From contig OY764216.1 of the NCBI GenBank assembly GCA_963668315.1, forward strand, positions 1,248,001 through 1,312,000: a DNA stretch of 64,000 nt, read 5' to 3'. The position numbers and the translations under genes were made by a program. This DNA is from Spirochaetia bacterium (lineage in GTDB: Bacteria; Spirochaetota; Spirochaetia; DSM-2461). The notes beneath the pieces were generated by a model. The model saw nothing but the letters and a program-made list of their open reading frames with translations, made no database searches and was not told where the DNA came from. Below are positions 48,871 to 58,530 of this stretch, one piece after another. Within the stretch, counting starts at the first letter, position 1. Each line of letters opens with the position of its first letter.

Positions 48871-49611
48871 ATGACAAACAGAATTGATGAGATGAGCTGG
48901 ACGGAGTTTGATAAACGCAGAAAGGAGACGGATATCGTCATTATTCCGACGGGTGCGGTTGAAATATACGGGCCTCACCTGCCAATGGGATCGGACGGAA
49001 TTGTCGCCATGGCTATTTCGGAACTGGTCGCCGGTAAGACGGGTGCCCTCGTCGCTCCTTTGCTGCCGCTGGGAGAGTCTTCTGCCCTGACCTGTTATCC
49101 CGGAACGTTGACCGTTTCAAGAGAAACGCTGCAAATCCTTATTAAGGAGGTCTTTCTTCAGTTGATAGATTACGGGTTCAAAAACTTTTTATTCATAACA
49201 GGCCATGCGGGGAATGTGGATCCCATAAATTATTACTCCCGCTTATTTCAGATAAAATACGGAATCCGCTCAGGTCAGGTAGACTGGTGGCGTTTTGCCG
49301 CAAGACACGGGAAGGATATTTTTGAGAATGAAGGCTTCATGGCCCATGGCCATGCGAGTGAATGCGGGACATCGGTGCTTCTTTACTTCAGACCCGATCT
49401 CGTCAATATGGATGAGGCTACCCGGATAGAGCCGAACCGGGACTTTTATACCAAGTTCGATGATGTTTTTCACTTCATCCCTTTGAATGTAAAGACACCT
49501 AATGCCACGGTGGGAGATGCCACTGTGGCCAGTGCCGAAAAGGGGAAGCTCATTGTTGATAAATGTGTGGGAAGGATACTGGAATTCATGGATTTTGAAT
49601 TCAAATCCTGA
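48871..49611 (+). CDS. Creatininase-family amidohydrolase
   Basis: EMSWTE, GAVEIYGPHLPMGSD, PGTL, TGHAGN, GDATVASAEKG. Confidence 0.9.
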   Translation: MTNRIDEMSWTEFDKRRKETDIVIIPTGAVEIYGPHLPMGSDGIVAMAISELVAGKTGALVAPLLPLGESSALTCYPGTLTVSRETLQILIKEVFLQLIDYGFKNFLFITGHAGNVDPINYYSRLFQIKYGIRSGQVDWWRFAARHGKDIFENEGFMAHGHASECGTSVLLYFRPDLVNMDEATRIEPNRDFYTKFDDVFHFIPLNVKTPNATVGDATVASAEKGKLIVDKCVGRILEFMDFEFKS

Positions 49612-49648
49612 AACTCATGTTTGAAATATTTTTCAAAGGAGAAGAAAT

Positions 49649-51190
49649 ATGAAGAAGTGCGGATTGTTCCTAATCATAATCGGGACAATGGTTTTATTTT
49701 TGGCGGGTTGCGGAAACAAGAGTGAAGTAAGTGAGGCTGCAGCAGTATCCCATACTCCCAAAGATACGATAACCATGGCTATCACTGAAGACCTTATGTC
49801 GATGGATCCCCAGGAAACGAATCGTCTTTCCAATTTTGTTATCCAGCAGCAGGTATATAACTCCCTAGTTTCCGAGCGCAATGACGGAAGCGGAATTGTC
49901 GATCCCGAACTGGCAACCGAGTGGAGCTGGATCGATGACACGACTTTGAATATAAAGCTCCGCGATGATGTCTATTTTCATAACGGAACGAAGCTGACGG
50001 CTAAGGATGTATATTTTACCATCGAGAAGGGAAAGAACACGTCCCGAAGCAAATCGACTTTTTCCAGCTTCGATATCGAAAATACCGAGATCGTCAATGA
50101 TTACGAGATCAACATAAAGTTTTTTGAGCCCTATGCTCCTGTTTTCAATACGCTCTCCGGAGGACGGGGCCTTATCGTTTCCAAGGATTATTTCGATGAA
50201 GTGGGTGCTGACGTAGCCGCCAGAAAACCCGTAGGCACCGGTCCTTATAAACTGGTGAACTGGACATCTGGTACGCAGCTGGATCTGGAAGCCAATGAGG
50301 ATTACTGGGATACGGCCCATAAGGCTAAAACGAAGAATATCATTCTTAAAGTCGTAAGCGCCCAGTCCAGCCGCGCCATAGAGCTGGAGACGGGAACATC
50401 CGATCTGGCGTTCGAACTGGCCACCGGTGACGTGAAGAGGGTTAATGAGCTTGAAGGTTACCATGCCGATGTGTCCCCCTCTTTCCGCTATATGACGCTA
50501 ACCTTTTCCATGCAGGACGAGACACTCGCCTCCAACAAGGCTTTGCGATATGCCCTGTCCTATGCCATTGACCGCCAGGCGATCATTGATGCTATCTACG
50601 GTGGCAATGCCATGCCGGCTACGGGTATGTATCCCCATAACGCCAAGTACTTCAAAAAATTTGATGATTTCATGCCCTATGACCTGGACAAAGCCCGGGA
50701 GTATATGGCCGAGGCTGGTTATCCCGACGGCGGTCTCAAGCTTCTGTTTAACTGTGAGGACCGGACCTACGACAAGATGATGGCCGAGGCGATACAGGCC
50801 ATGTGGAAGGATATCGGTGTCGAAACCGAAATCATCGTTGGTTCATCATCGGTCTATAAGAGCCAGGGGCATCCTTTTCAAATCGCTATGAGAGCGGGGA
50901 ACGGGGCTGAACCCGCCAATATCCTCATCATCTACGATTCTGCCTTTGGAGATAAAATCGGAGGAAACGACAATTACATCGATGAGCAGCTGGCTCTTGA
51001 TAGAGCCATTCTTGATCCGGAAAAACGGTCCGAAGCATATAAGTCCCTGCAGGAGTATCTGTATGATATCCGCTTTACCGTTCCTCTCATCGAAACCTCC
51101 ATCATTTTCGGGCTCAGCGACAAAATCGAAGGTTTTGTATCCGATCCTCTGCAGAGCATTAATTTTAACGATCTGGTTTTGTATAACTGA
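49649..51190 (+). CDS. ABC substrate-binding lipoprotein, family 5 (Dpp/Gsi-like)
   Basis: Lipobox LAGC; PELATEW, LRDDVYFHNG, PVGTGPY, RYALSYAIDR. Confidence 0.92.
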   Translation: MKKCGLFLIIIGTMVLFLAGCGNKSEVSEAAAVSHTPKDTITMAITEDLMSMDPQETNRLSNFVIQQQVYNSLVSERNDGSGIVDPELATEWSWIDDTTLNIKLRDDVYFHNGTKLTAKDVYFTIEKGKNTSRSKSTFSSFDIENTEIVNDYEINIKFFEPYAPVFNTLSGGRGLIVSKDYFDEVGADVAARKPVGTGPYKLVNWTSGTQLDLEANEDYWDTAHKAKTKNIILKVVSAQSSRAIELETGTSDLAFELATGDVKRVNELEGYHADVSPSFRYMTLTFSMQDETLASNKALRYALSYAIDRQAIIDAIYGGNAMPATGMYPHNAKYFKKFDDFMPYDLDKAREYMAEAGYPDGGLKLLFNCEDRTYDKMMAEAIQAMWKDIGVETEIIVGSSSVYKSQGHPFQIAMRAGNGAEPANILIIYDSAFGDKIGGNDNYIDEQLALDRAILDPEKRSEAYKSLQEYLYDIRFTVPLIETSIIFGLSDKIEGFVSDPLQSINFNDLVLYN

Positions 51191-51229
51191 TCTTTCAATT
51201 CCCGTGTCGCTTCCATGATGCGGGATGGG

Positions 51230-51259
51230 GCGGAAAGGGCTGCTGTCGGCTCTTTCCGC
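51230..51259 (+). other. Stem-loop after SBP gene
   Basis: GCGGAAAGGGCTG/CGGCTCTTTCCGC. Confidence 0.5.
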
Positions 51260-51291
51260 TTGAGCCATTTAATTAAGAAAGGAGCCATTCT

Positions 51292-52263
51292 ATGGTGAAT
51301 TTTATCCTTAAGAGACTAGCCATGATGATTCCTGTTTTATTGGGAGTCACTCTGGTCATTTTTGCTATCATGTATTTTACACCCGGCGATCCCGCATCCA
51401 TCATTCTGGGTGATATGGCGACCCAGGAAGATCGTGATCTCTTTAATGAAGAACACGGATTGAACGGCTCTTTTTTGGAACAGTACGTCATCTACATGAA
51501 GAATATTATCCTGAAAGGTGACCTGGGGACTTCCTATACCACAAAACTGTCCGTAACCGAAGAGATCCTGTCCCGCTTTCCCACGACGTTCAAACTGGCG
51601 GGTTTGAGTGTTATTCTAGCCAGTCTGATCGGTATCGTCTGCGGAATTATTTCGGCAACCAGGCAATATTCCATCTTCGATAATATGGCGACGGCCGCTT
51701 CCCTTATAGGAGTGTCCCTGCCAAACTTCTGGCAGGGCATGATGATGGTTATCATCTTCTCTGTAGGATTGAAATGGTTTCCTCCTTCTGGATTCAGTAC
51801 GCCCGCTCACTGGATTCTCCCCGCCATAACCATAGGCACAAGTGCCGCTGCGAATATCATGCGTATGACCCGTTCCAGTATGCTGGAGGTTGTCAGGCAG
51901 GATTATATAAGAACCGCCCGTTCCAAGGGACAAACCGAATTGATCGTCATCTATGTGCACGCTCTCAAAAACGCCCTCATCCCCATCGTAACCATTATCG
52001 GGCTTGACTTCGGAAGACTTCTCGGAGGAGCCGTGCTGACAGAATCCATTTTCTCCATTGCCGGAATCGGTAAGCTGATGGTTGACGCGATCAAGGTGAA
52101 AAATGTCCCTCTCGTTCAGGGGGGCGTTCTGTTCATTGCCGTCGTTATGTGTGTCGTGAACCTCCTGGTGGATATACTTTATGCTTATATTGATCCGAGG
52201 ATCAGAGTCGAATACACAAGCAAGAGAGCCAGAAGAGGCAAGATGCTGGGAGTGGAGAAATGA
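51292..52263 (+). CDS. Peptide ABC permease (DppB-like)
   Basis: TPGDPA, GDLGTS, RMTRSSMLEV..QDYIRTARSKG. Confidence 0.93.
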   Translation: MVNFILKRLAMMIPVLLGVTLVIFAIMYFTPGDPASIILGDMATQEDRDLFNEEHGLNGSFLEQYVIYMKNIILKGDLGTSYTTKLSVTEEILSRFPTTFKLAGLSVILASLIGIVCGIISATRQYSIFDNMATAASLIGVSLPNFWQGMMMVIIFSVGLKWFPPSGFSTPAHWILPAITIGTSAAANIMRMTRSSMLEVVRQDYIRTARSKGQTELIVIYVHALKNALIPIVTIIGLDFGRLLGGAVLTESIFSIAGIGKLMVDAIKVKNVPLVQGGVLFIAVVMCVVNLLVDILYAYIDPRIRVEYTSKRARRGKMLGVEK

Positions 52264-53129
52264 GGGAACAGGAAATCAGAATTAAAAAGAAAAGTCAGTT
52301 CAAGGAGATTGTGCACCGGTTTATGAAAAATAAGGCCGCCGTGGTCAGTCTTGTATTTATTTTTTTACTTGTCATCGCATCGATCTTTCCGGGCCGTCTT
52401 GCTCCCTACTCTTATGAAGATCAGAATCTCAAGAACGCCTTCCAGTCTCCCAGCCTGGAACATCCTTTCGGTACTGACAATTATGGCAGGGATATCCTTA
52501 GCCGTGTCATTTACGGGACAAGAATCTCCCTGGGTATAGGCATCGTCGGCGTAATCATTTCCTGTACTGTCGGAATCGTCATAGGATCTGTGGCCGGATT
52601 CTACGGCAGTCATGTGGATAATATTCTTATGCGCCTGGTCGATATCGTCCTGGCAATTCCCCACATCCTTCTTGTGATGGCCATCGTCACCGCCCTGGGA
52701 AATGGAATGATGAACCTGACTATCGCTATCGGTCTCAGCGCCATCCCCGGTTACTCTCGAATCGTTCGGGCATCGATTATGTCGGAGAAGGGGAACGAGT
52801 ATGTGGAAGCGGCCCGGTCCATCGGCTCTTCCGATCTGAAAATCATCATGAAACACATCTTGCCCAATTGTATGGCTCCCATTATCGTGCAGTCCACCAT
52901 GAGTGTCGCCGGCGCCATTCTGTCTATCGCCGGACTTTCTTTCATCGGTCTCGGTATAACCCCTCCCATTCCGGAATGGGGCTCCATGCTGAACGCTGCC
53001 CAGGGCTTCATGAGAGACTGCTGGTTCATGGTGACCTTTCCCGGGCTGATGATCATGTTTGCCGTCTTTGCCTTCAATTTGTTCGGTGACGGTTTACGCG
53101 ATGCTCTGGACCCCAAACTAAAGAAATAA
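52260..53129 (+). CDS. Peptide ABC permease (DppC-like)
   Basis: HPFGTDNYGRD, EYVEAARSIG, NLFGDGLRDALDPK. Confidence 0.93.
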   Translation: MREQEIRIKKKSQFKEIVHRFMKNKAAVVSLVFIFLLVIASIFPGRLAPYSYEDQNLKNAFQSPSLEHPFGTDNYGRDILSRVIYGTRISLGIGIVGVIISCTVGIVIGSVAGFYGSHVDNILMRLVDIVLAIPHILLVMAIVTALGNGMMNLTIAIGLSAIPGYSRIVRASIMSEKGNEYVEAARSIGSSDLKIIMKHILPNCMAPIIVQSTMSVAGAILSIAGLSFIGLGITPPIPEWGSMLNAAQGFMRDCWFMVTFPGLMIMFAVFAFNLFGDGLRDALDPKLKK

Positions 53130-53139
53130 GGAGAACCCC

Positions 53140-54126
53140 ATGGCATCTACATTACTGGAAATAAAGGACCTGAGGGTTCACTATGAGACGGATTCCGACG
53201 TTGTAAAAGCGGTAAACGGGATCAATTTGGTTGTAGAGAAGGGCGAGTCTCTTGGACTGGTCGGCGAGACGGGGGCCGGGAAAACGACTACGGCCCTGTC
53301 CGTGATGCAGCTCCTTTCCGATGTCTCCGCAAAAATCACCGGCGGGGATATCCTTTATGAAAATGAAAGCCTTATCTCCCTGTCTCCCCAGAAGAAGAGA
53401 GAATTCCGGGGAAATAAAATCTCCATGATCTTTCAGGATCCCATGACGGCGTTGAATCCCGTGCTGACCGTGGGAGCCCAAATAGTCGAAGTGATTCTTC
53501 TGCATAACGAGCTCAGCAGGCCGGAAGCGGAGGAGAAGGCCAAAGAGATGATGGAGCTGGTCGGTATTCCCGGATCACGTTTCGGGGACTATCCCCAGCA
53601 GTTTTCCGGAGGGATGAAGCAGCGGGTCGTCATCGCGATAGCCCTGGCCTGCACTCCGGAGCTCCTCATCGCCGACGAGCCGACCACCGCTCTGGACGTG
53701 ACCATCCAGGCCCAGGTCCTCGAATTGATCGCCAAGCTGAAAGAGGAGAACAACACCTCCCTGATACTGATCACCCATGATCTCGGCGTCGTGGCGGGAA
53801 CCTGCCAGAAGGCTGCCATTATGTATGCGGGAGAGATAGTGGAGTGGGGTACGGTCGAACATATTTTCAATAATACCTCCCATCCCTACACGGAAGGCTT
53901 GTTCGGCTCCATTCCCAATATGAATAAATCCGTAAGAAGGCTGACCCCTATTTCCGGTCTGGCCCCCGATCCCACCAATCTGCCGGAAGGCTGCAAATTC
54001 GCTCCCCGATGCAAATACGCATCCAAAGCATGCACCAAGTCGGAAATCCCCGTCAAGGAAATTGAACCGGGACATTTTACAAAATGCCTTTACCATGAGC
54101 TGGTGGGTAAGGAGAGTCAATCATGA
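53140..54126 (+). CDS. Peptide ABC ATPase (DppD-like)
   Basis: GETGAGKT, FQDPMTALNP, FSGGMKQR, ADEPTTALDVT, C-terminal Cys motif. Confidence 0.94.
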   Translation: MASTLLEIKDLRVHYETDSDVVKAVNGINLVVEKGESLGLVGETGAGKTTTALSVMQLLSDVSAKITGGDILYENESLISLSPQKKREFRGNKISMIFQDPMTALNPVLTVGAQIVEVILLHNELSRPEAEEKAKEMMELVGIPGSRFGDYPQQFSGGMKQRVVIAIALACTPELLIADEPTTALDVTIQAQVLELIAKLKEENNTSLILITHDLGVVAGTCQKAAIMYAGEIVEWGTVEHIFNNTSHPYTEGLFGSIPNMNKSVRRLTPISGLAPDPTNLPEGCKFAPRCKYASKACTKSEIPVKEIEPGHFTKCLYHELVGKESQS

Positions 54127-55091
54127 ATCCGATTTTAAAGGTCTTTTCCCTAAGTAAATTTTTCAAAACGACCGGAGGAATGCTTCATGCGGTGGACGGC
54201 GTCTCCTTTTCCATCGACGAAGGAAAGACTCTCGGCGTCGTGGGAGAGTCGGGATGCGGGAAGTCCACTCTGGGCAGAACTATTGTCCATCTGCAGCCTC
54301 CCACTTCCGGTTATATCAGCTTTGACGGCCTCGATCTGGAAAACACCATACTCAGGGGAAGGGCCCTGAAAGAGTACAGACGGAATATGCAGATGATTTT
54401 TCAGGACCCCTATTCGTCTCTGAACCCCAGGATGTCCGTCAGCGAAATCATCGCCGAACCTCTCGTCAACTACCATGTGCACAGAAGCAGCCAGGCCCTC
54501 TGGAAAAATGTCTTCGAACTGATGGATACCGTCGGTCTGGCCAGACGGCTTGCCAACTCCTATCCCCATGAACTGGACGGGGGAAGACGGCAGCGGATCG
54601 GAATCGCCCGGGCCCTCTCGCTGAAGCCCAAATTCATCGTCTGCGATGAACCGGTATCGGCGCTGGACGTATCCATTCAGGCGCAAATCCTGAATCTTAT
54701 GCAGGATCTTCAGGAGGAGATGGGGCTTACCTACATGTTTATCGCCCATGACATGTCGGTGATAAAGCATATTTCGGACGATGTCATCGTCATGTACATG
54801 GGAACCGTCGTTGAGCAGGGGACTTCGGACAGTCTTTTCCAGCATCGATTCCATCCCTACAGCAAGGCGCTTCTTGATGCGGTGCCCATCGCCGAGCTGG
54901 GGGCGCGCAAGAACCGAACCTTTCTTAAAGGAGAAATCTCCTCGCCCATCGAACCCAAGCCCGGCTGCCGCTTCGCCGCCCGTTGCCCCTACGCGAAGGA
55001 GCTGTGCCATCAGACTAGTCCGGTATTGGGCGAAGTCATTCCGGGGCACCACGTGTCCTGTCACTTCGTCAAGGAAATCAACAATCTTTAG
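54123..55091 (+). CDS. Peptide ABC ATPase (DppF-like)
   Basis: GESGCGKST, FQDPYSSLNPR, DEPVSALDVSIQAQ. Confidence 0.94.
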   Translation: MNPILKVFSLSKFFKTTGGMLHAVDGVSFSIDEGKTLGVVGESGCGKSTLGRTIVHLQPPTSGYISFDGLDLENTILRGRALKEYRRNMQMIFQDPYSSLNPRMSVSEIIAEPLVNYHVHRSSQALWKNVFELMDTVGLARRLANSYPHELDGGRRQRIGIARALSLKPKFIVCDEPVSALDVSIQAQILNLMQDLQEEMGLTYMFIAHDMSVIKHISDDVIVMYMGTVVEQGTSDSLFQHRFHPYSKALLDAVPIAELGARKNRTFLKGEISSPIEPKPGCRFAARCPYAKELCHQTSPVLGEVIPGHHVSCHFVKEINNL

Positions 55092-55105
55092 GAGATCGAG
55101 AATAT

Positions 55106-55948
55106 ATGGAAACAATGAGACAGTATAAAATCGCCGTCGTTCAGATGGATTCTCAAGAGAACAAGGAAGAGAATATGAAAGAGGCCGTCCGCTATATAGA
55201 CGAAGCGGCGGCGAATGGTGCCAAAATGGTCAGCTTCCCCGAAGTGATGAACCAGATCAGAAAGCCCGGAGAGAAGGTTGAAGGAGAGCCGATCCCCGGA
55301 TATACATCGGATATCCTGTGCGCCAAGGCTAAAGAGCACGGCATATATATCCACAGCGGCAGCTTTCGCGAACTGATACCCGGGGAAGTCAAGTATTACA
55401 ATACAGGAATAATGATTGATCCGCAGGGTGAGATAATCGGCGAATACCGCAAGCTGCATACTTTCGACATCACCCTTCCCGACGGAACGGAAGCGCAGGA
55501 ATCCTCGCGGGTTCGCCCCGGACATTCCATCGTGACCGTCGATACGGCCCTGGGAAAATTCGGAATGTCCATCTGTTACGATATCAGGTTTTCCGAACTT
55601 TACCGCCTGATGGCGCTTGAGGGGGCGCAGATTCTGCTGACTCCCGCCAATTTCACGGTGCCCACGGGCAAGGATCACTGGGAGCCGATTCTCAGAACCC
55701 GTGCTATCGAAAACGGCTGCTATGTCGTCGCCGCGGGCCAGATCGGCAAAAAAGCCCATGGCGGATCTTCCTATGGGAAAAGCATGGTTATTGATCCCTG
55801 GGGGACCATTGTCGCCTGCGCAAGCGACAGACCCTGCGTCGTGTATGCAGAGATCGATCTGGATTATCTGGATTCCATCCGGGCGAAACTGCGGTCCCTG
55901 GAAAATAGGCGGTCTGATGTATATGACCTGAAGAAAAAGGAGAATTAA
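55106..55948 (+). CDS. Carbon-nitrogen hydrolase, Nit1-like (deaminated-glutathione amidase type)
   Basis: Triad FPE / YRKLH / ICYDIRF; TGKDHWE...RAIENGCYVVAAGQIG; IDPWG. Confidence 0.85.
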   Translation: METMRQYKIAVVQMDSQENKEENMKEAVRYIDEAAANGAKMVSFPEVMNQIRKPGEKVEGEPIPGYTSDILCAKAKEHGIYIHSGSFRELIPGEVKYYNTGIMIDPQGEIIGEYRKLHTFDITLPDGTEAQESSRVRPGHSIVTVDTALGKFGMSICYDIRFSELYRLMALEGAQILLTPANFTVPTGKDHWEPILRTRAIENGCYVVAAGQIGKKAHGGSSYGKSMVIDPWGTIVACASDRPCVVYAEIDLDYLDSIRAKLRSLENRRSDVYDLKKKEN

Positions 55949-55950
55949 AG

Positions 55951-56616
55951 ATGGCTTTATCGGAAGAACTTATTGAACGTTTCATGAAGGTGGATCCTGC
56001 CACTATCGGGCATTATATCGGCGGCGGTTACATGCGTCCCAAGATGAAGCCCATTAATAAGCACAGCAAAATGGTCGGCCCCGCCTATACCATCAGAATG
56101 GAAGGAAAGGATGCCGCGCCTCTTCATTACGCCATGAAACATGCGCCCAAAGGTTCGGTGCTTGTCATCGACCGCTGCGGAGACGATACCTTCGCCTGCG
56201 TCGGGGAGATGGTCGCTCTTCATGCCCAGTACAGCGGATTTGCCGGAATCGTCATTGACGGTGTGGCCACCGATTCTCTGGGTATCGAGAAAAACGATTA
56301 TCCCGTTTTTTGTACCGGGATATCGGCGGTGATAACAAAAGTCCTGGGAATATCCGGGGAAGTGGATATAGAGATCAACTGCTGCGGAGCCGTCGTCCAC
56401 CCGGGGGACATCGTCTTCGGCGATGCCGACGGCGTGATCGTTCTGCCTCCCGACAACTATGAAGATGCTCTCCGACAGGCCGAAGCCTCTGTGGCCAGGG
56501 AGGTGACGCTCAGGGAAAAGATTAAAAGCGGTGCGGCCTCCGGAATGAATATCGACCGCTTATGGAATGCTGATGTCATGGGTATGATCGCCGAACTCAA
56601 GACATTTGATAATTGA
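55951..56616 (+). CDS. RraA/HMG-aldolase family protein
   Basis: VGPAYT, GSVLVID, ACVGE, GIVIDG, VHPGDIVFGDADGV. Confidence 0.88.
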   Translation: MALSEELIERFMKVDPATIGHYIGGGYMRPKMKPINKHSKMVGPAYTIRMEGKDAAPLHYAMKHAPKGSVLVIDRCGDDTFACVGEMVALHAQYSGFAGIVIDGVATDSLGIEKNDYPVFCTGISAVITKVLGISGEVDIEINCCGAVVHPGDIVFGDADGVIVLPPDNYEDALRQAEASVAREVTLREKIKSGAASGMNIDRLWNADVMGMIAELKTFDN

Positions 56617-56697
56617 TCTCAATTTGTGAGTCCCCGTGATGAAGGCTGTCGACGGCTTGAAGGCATGATCGAATATTAAAGGAATTATTACGTATTT

Positions 56698-57879
56698 ATG
56701 GAATCCGAATTCAAAAAAACAAGAGTGCTGTCTATTGCTGTTGCCCATCATATTCATGATATCTATCAGGCTTTTTTTGCCCCCCTTCTTCCTCTGCTGA
56801 TTGCAAAGCTAGGCATTCCTCTATCCGCGGCCGCTGTTCTTCAGGTCGTCCGGAATATTCCCTCCCTCCTTAATCCCCTGTTGGCTCTGTTGGGAGAGAA
56901 AAAAGGGTTCAAGTATTTTGTGATAGTGACTCCTGGGATAACGGCCATTGCCATGAGTTTGATCGGTCTGGCTAACTCATTCGCGGTTCTGCTGATACTT
57001 TTTCTTGTCGCAGGATTTTCTGCGGCCCTTTTTCACATCCCCTCTCCTGTTATGATCAAGGAATCTTCCGGCGACAAGGTGGGCACGGGGATGAGTTACT
57101 ATATGGTCGGAGGGGAGCTCGCAAGGACGGTAGGGCCGCTTGTCGTTACAGCGGCGGTTTCCTTCTGGTCCCTGGAAGAGGTTTGGAAGCTCATGCCCCT
57201 GGGAATAGCGGCTTCATTGGTTCTTTTTTTAAAATTCAGGGACTTTGAAGGAATCGCCCAGAATAGTAAGAGAACCCGACAGGATGGCGCCGTCAGTATT
57301 CTCAGGGATTACAAGTTCTTCTTCATCGCTCTGGCCGGGTTCATCATGTTCAATTCGGCCATGAAAACGGCTTTGACCCTTTATCTGCCGGTCTACCTGA
57401 TCGGAAAGGGAGCTTCTCTCTGGTATTCGGGGATTTCTCTCTCTGTTCTGCAGGGGTTCGGCGTGGCGGGGACTTTTTTCTCGGGGACACTGTCGGACAG
57501 ATTCGGCAGAAAGAAGATGTTGATCCTTTTTTCTACCGGAACGGTTCTCTTTATGGGGCTCTTTACGCTTTTCAATAGTATTGTTCTGCTCGGTTTCCTC
57601 GGATTTTTCATGTTTGCCAGCGGGCCGATACTATTGGCTGCCGTGCAGGAGACAAAAACCAGAATGCCCACATTTATGAACGGTATGTATATGTCCATCA
57701 ATTTCGGCGTCGGATCCCTTATCGCTCTCCTCCTCGGATTTATGGGAGATCATATCGGTTTGGATAGGTGCTATCTTATCTGCAGCGCTTTGGGTTTCGG
57801 ATTGATTCCCATGGCTTTCATCCTTCCCTCATCGATTAGTCGTTCCGATCGTACGACGTCCTTGGAGAAATTAACGTAA
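56698..57879 (+). CDS. MFS transporter (Fsr-like)
   Basis: About 12 TM; AHHIHDIYQ..APLLP, ALFHIP, GTLSDRFGRK. Confidence 0.87.
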   Translation: MESEFKKTRVLSIAVAHHIHDIYQAFFAPLLPLLIAKLGIPLSAAAVLQVVRNIPSLLNPLLALLGEKKGFKYFVIVTPGITAIAMSLIGLANSFAVLLILFLVAGFSAALFHIPSPVMIKESSGDKVGTGMSYYMVGGELARTVGPLVVTAAVSFWSLEEVWKLMPLGIAASLVLFLKFRDFEGIAQNSKRTRQDGAVSILRDYKFFFIALAGFIMFNSAMKTALTLYLPVYLIGKGASLWYSGISLSVLQGFGVAGTFFSGTLSDRFGRKKMLILFSTGTVLFMGLFTLFNSIVLLGFLGFFMFASGPILLAAVQETKTRMPTFMNGMYMSINFGVGSLIALLLGFMGDHIGLDRCYLICSALGFGLIPMAFILPSSISRSDRTTSLEKLT

Positions 57880-57964
57880 GGAAAGAATAATGTGGCCGTA
57901 GCAGCCATCGGGCTGTAGCCCTGTTTTTCTAGATACCCCATAAAATGAGATTAGGAGATTTCAA

Positions 57965-58510
57965 ATGGAAAAGTTAAGAATCGGTGATATTATGCCGGAT
58001 TTTCAATATGACACCCCTTTCCGAAAAGGGTGCCGGTTCTCACAAAAAATACGGAACGGGAAAAAAACGGCTCTGATCTTCCTGCGGTATTATGGCTGCA
58101 CTCTGTGTCAGTTTGATATGGCAAGGTTGCGCCGCATATATCCTCTTATCAAGGAAAACGGAGGGGAACTGATTGTAGGGCTTCAAAGCAATCCCGATTT
58201 GCTTGCTTCAGAACTGGGCTCTTCCGACGTCTTCCCCTTTGATCTGCTTTGTGATCCGGATCAGACTCTTTACCGCCGTCTCTATATCGATGTGGCGGAA
58301 AACAGGGAGGCCATGGCCGGGGAGAACACCATGGACAAAATCTCCAGGGCAAGGGCGGAAGGGTTCCAGCACGGAGCCTATGAAGGGGAGGAGCTCCAGC
58401 TTCCGGCCGTATTCATCACGGACAATAAAGGGCGGCTCTGCTATGTCCGTTATGGGAAAACCGTTGATGACATCCCTTCTCCGGAAGAACTGGCTGAGCT
58501 TGTTAAATAG
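57965..58510 (+). CDS. Peroxiredoxin-like AhpC/TSA protein
   Basis: LRIGDIMPDF, FLRYYGCTLC (CxxC), LLCDPD, QLPAVFI. Confidence 0.8.
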   Translation: MEKLRIGDIMPDFQYDTPFRKGCRFSQKIRNGKKTALIFLRYYGCTLCQFDMARLRRIYPLIKENGGELIVGLQSNPDLLASELGSSDVFPFDLLCDPDQTLYRRLYIDVAENREAMAGENTMDKISRARAEGFQHGAYEGEELQLPAVFITDNKGRLCYVRYGKTVDDIPSPEELAELVK

Positions 58511-58530
58511 AACTAATAAGGAATGGAATT

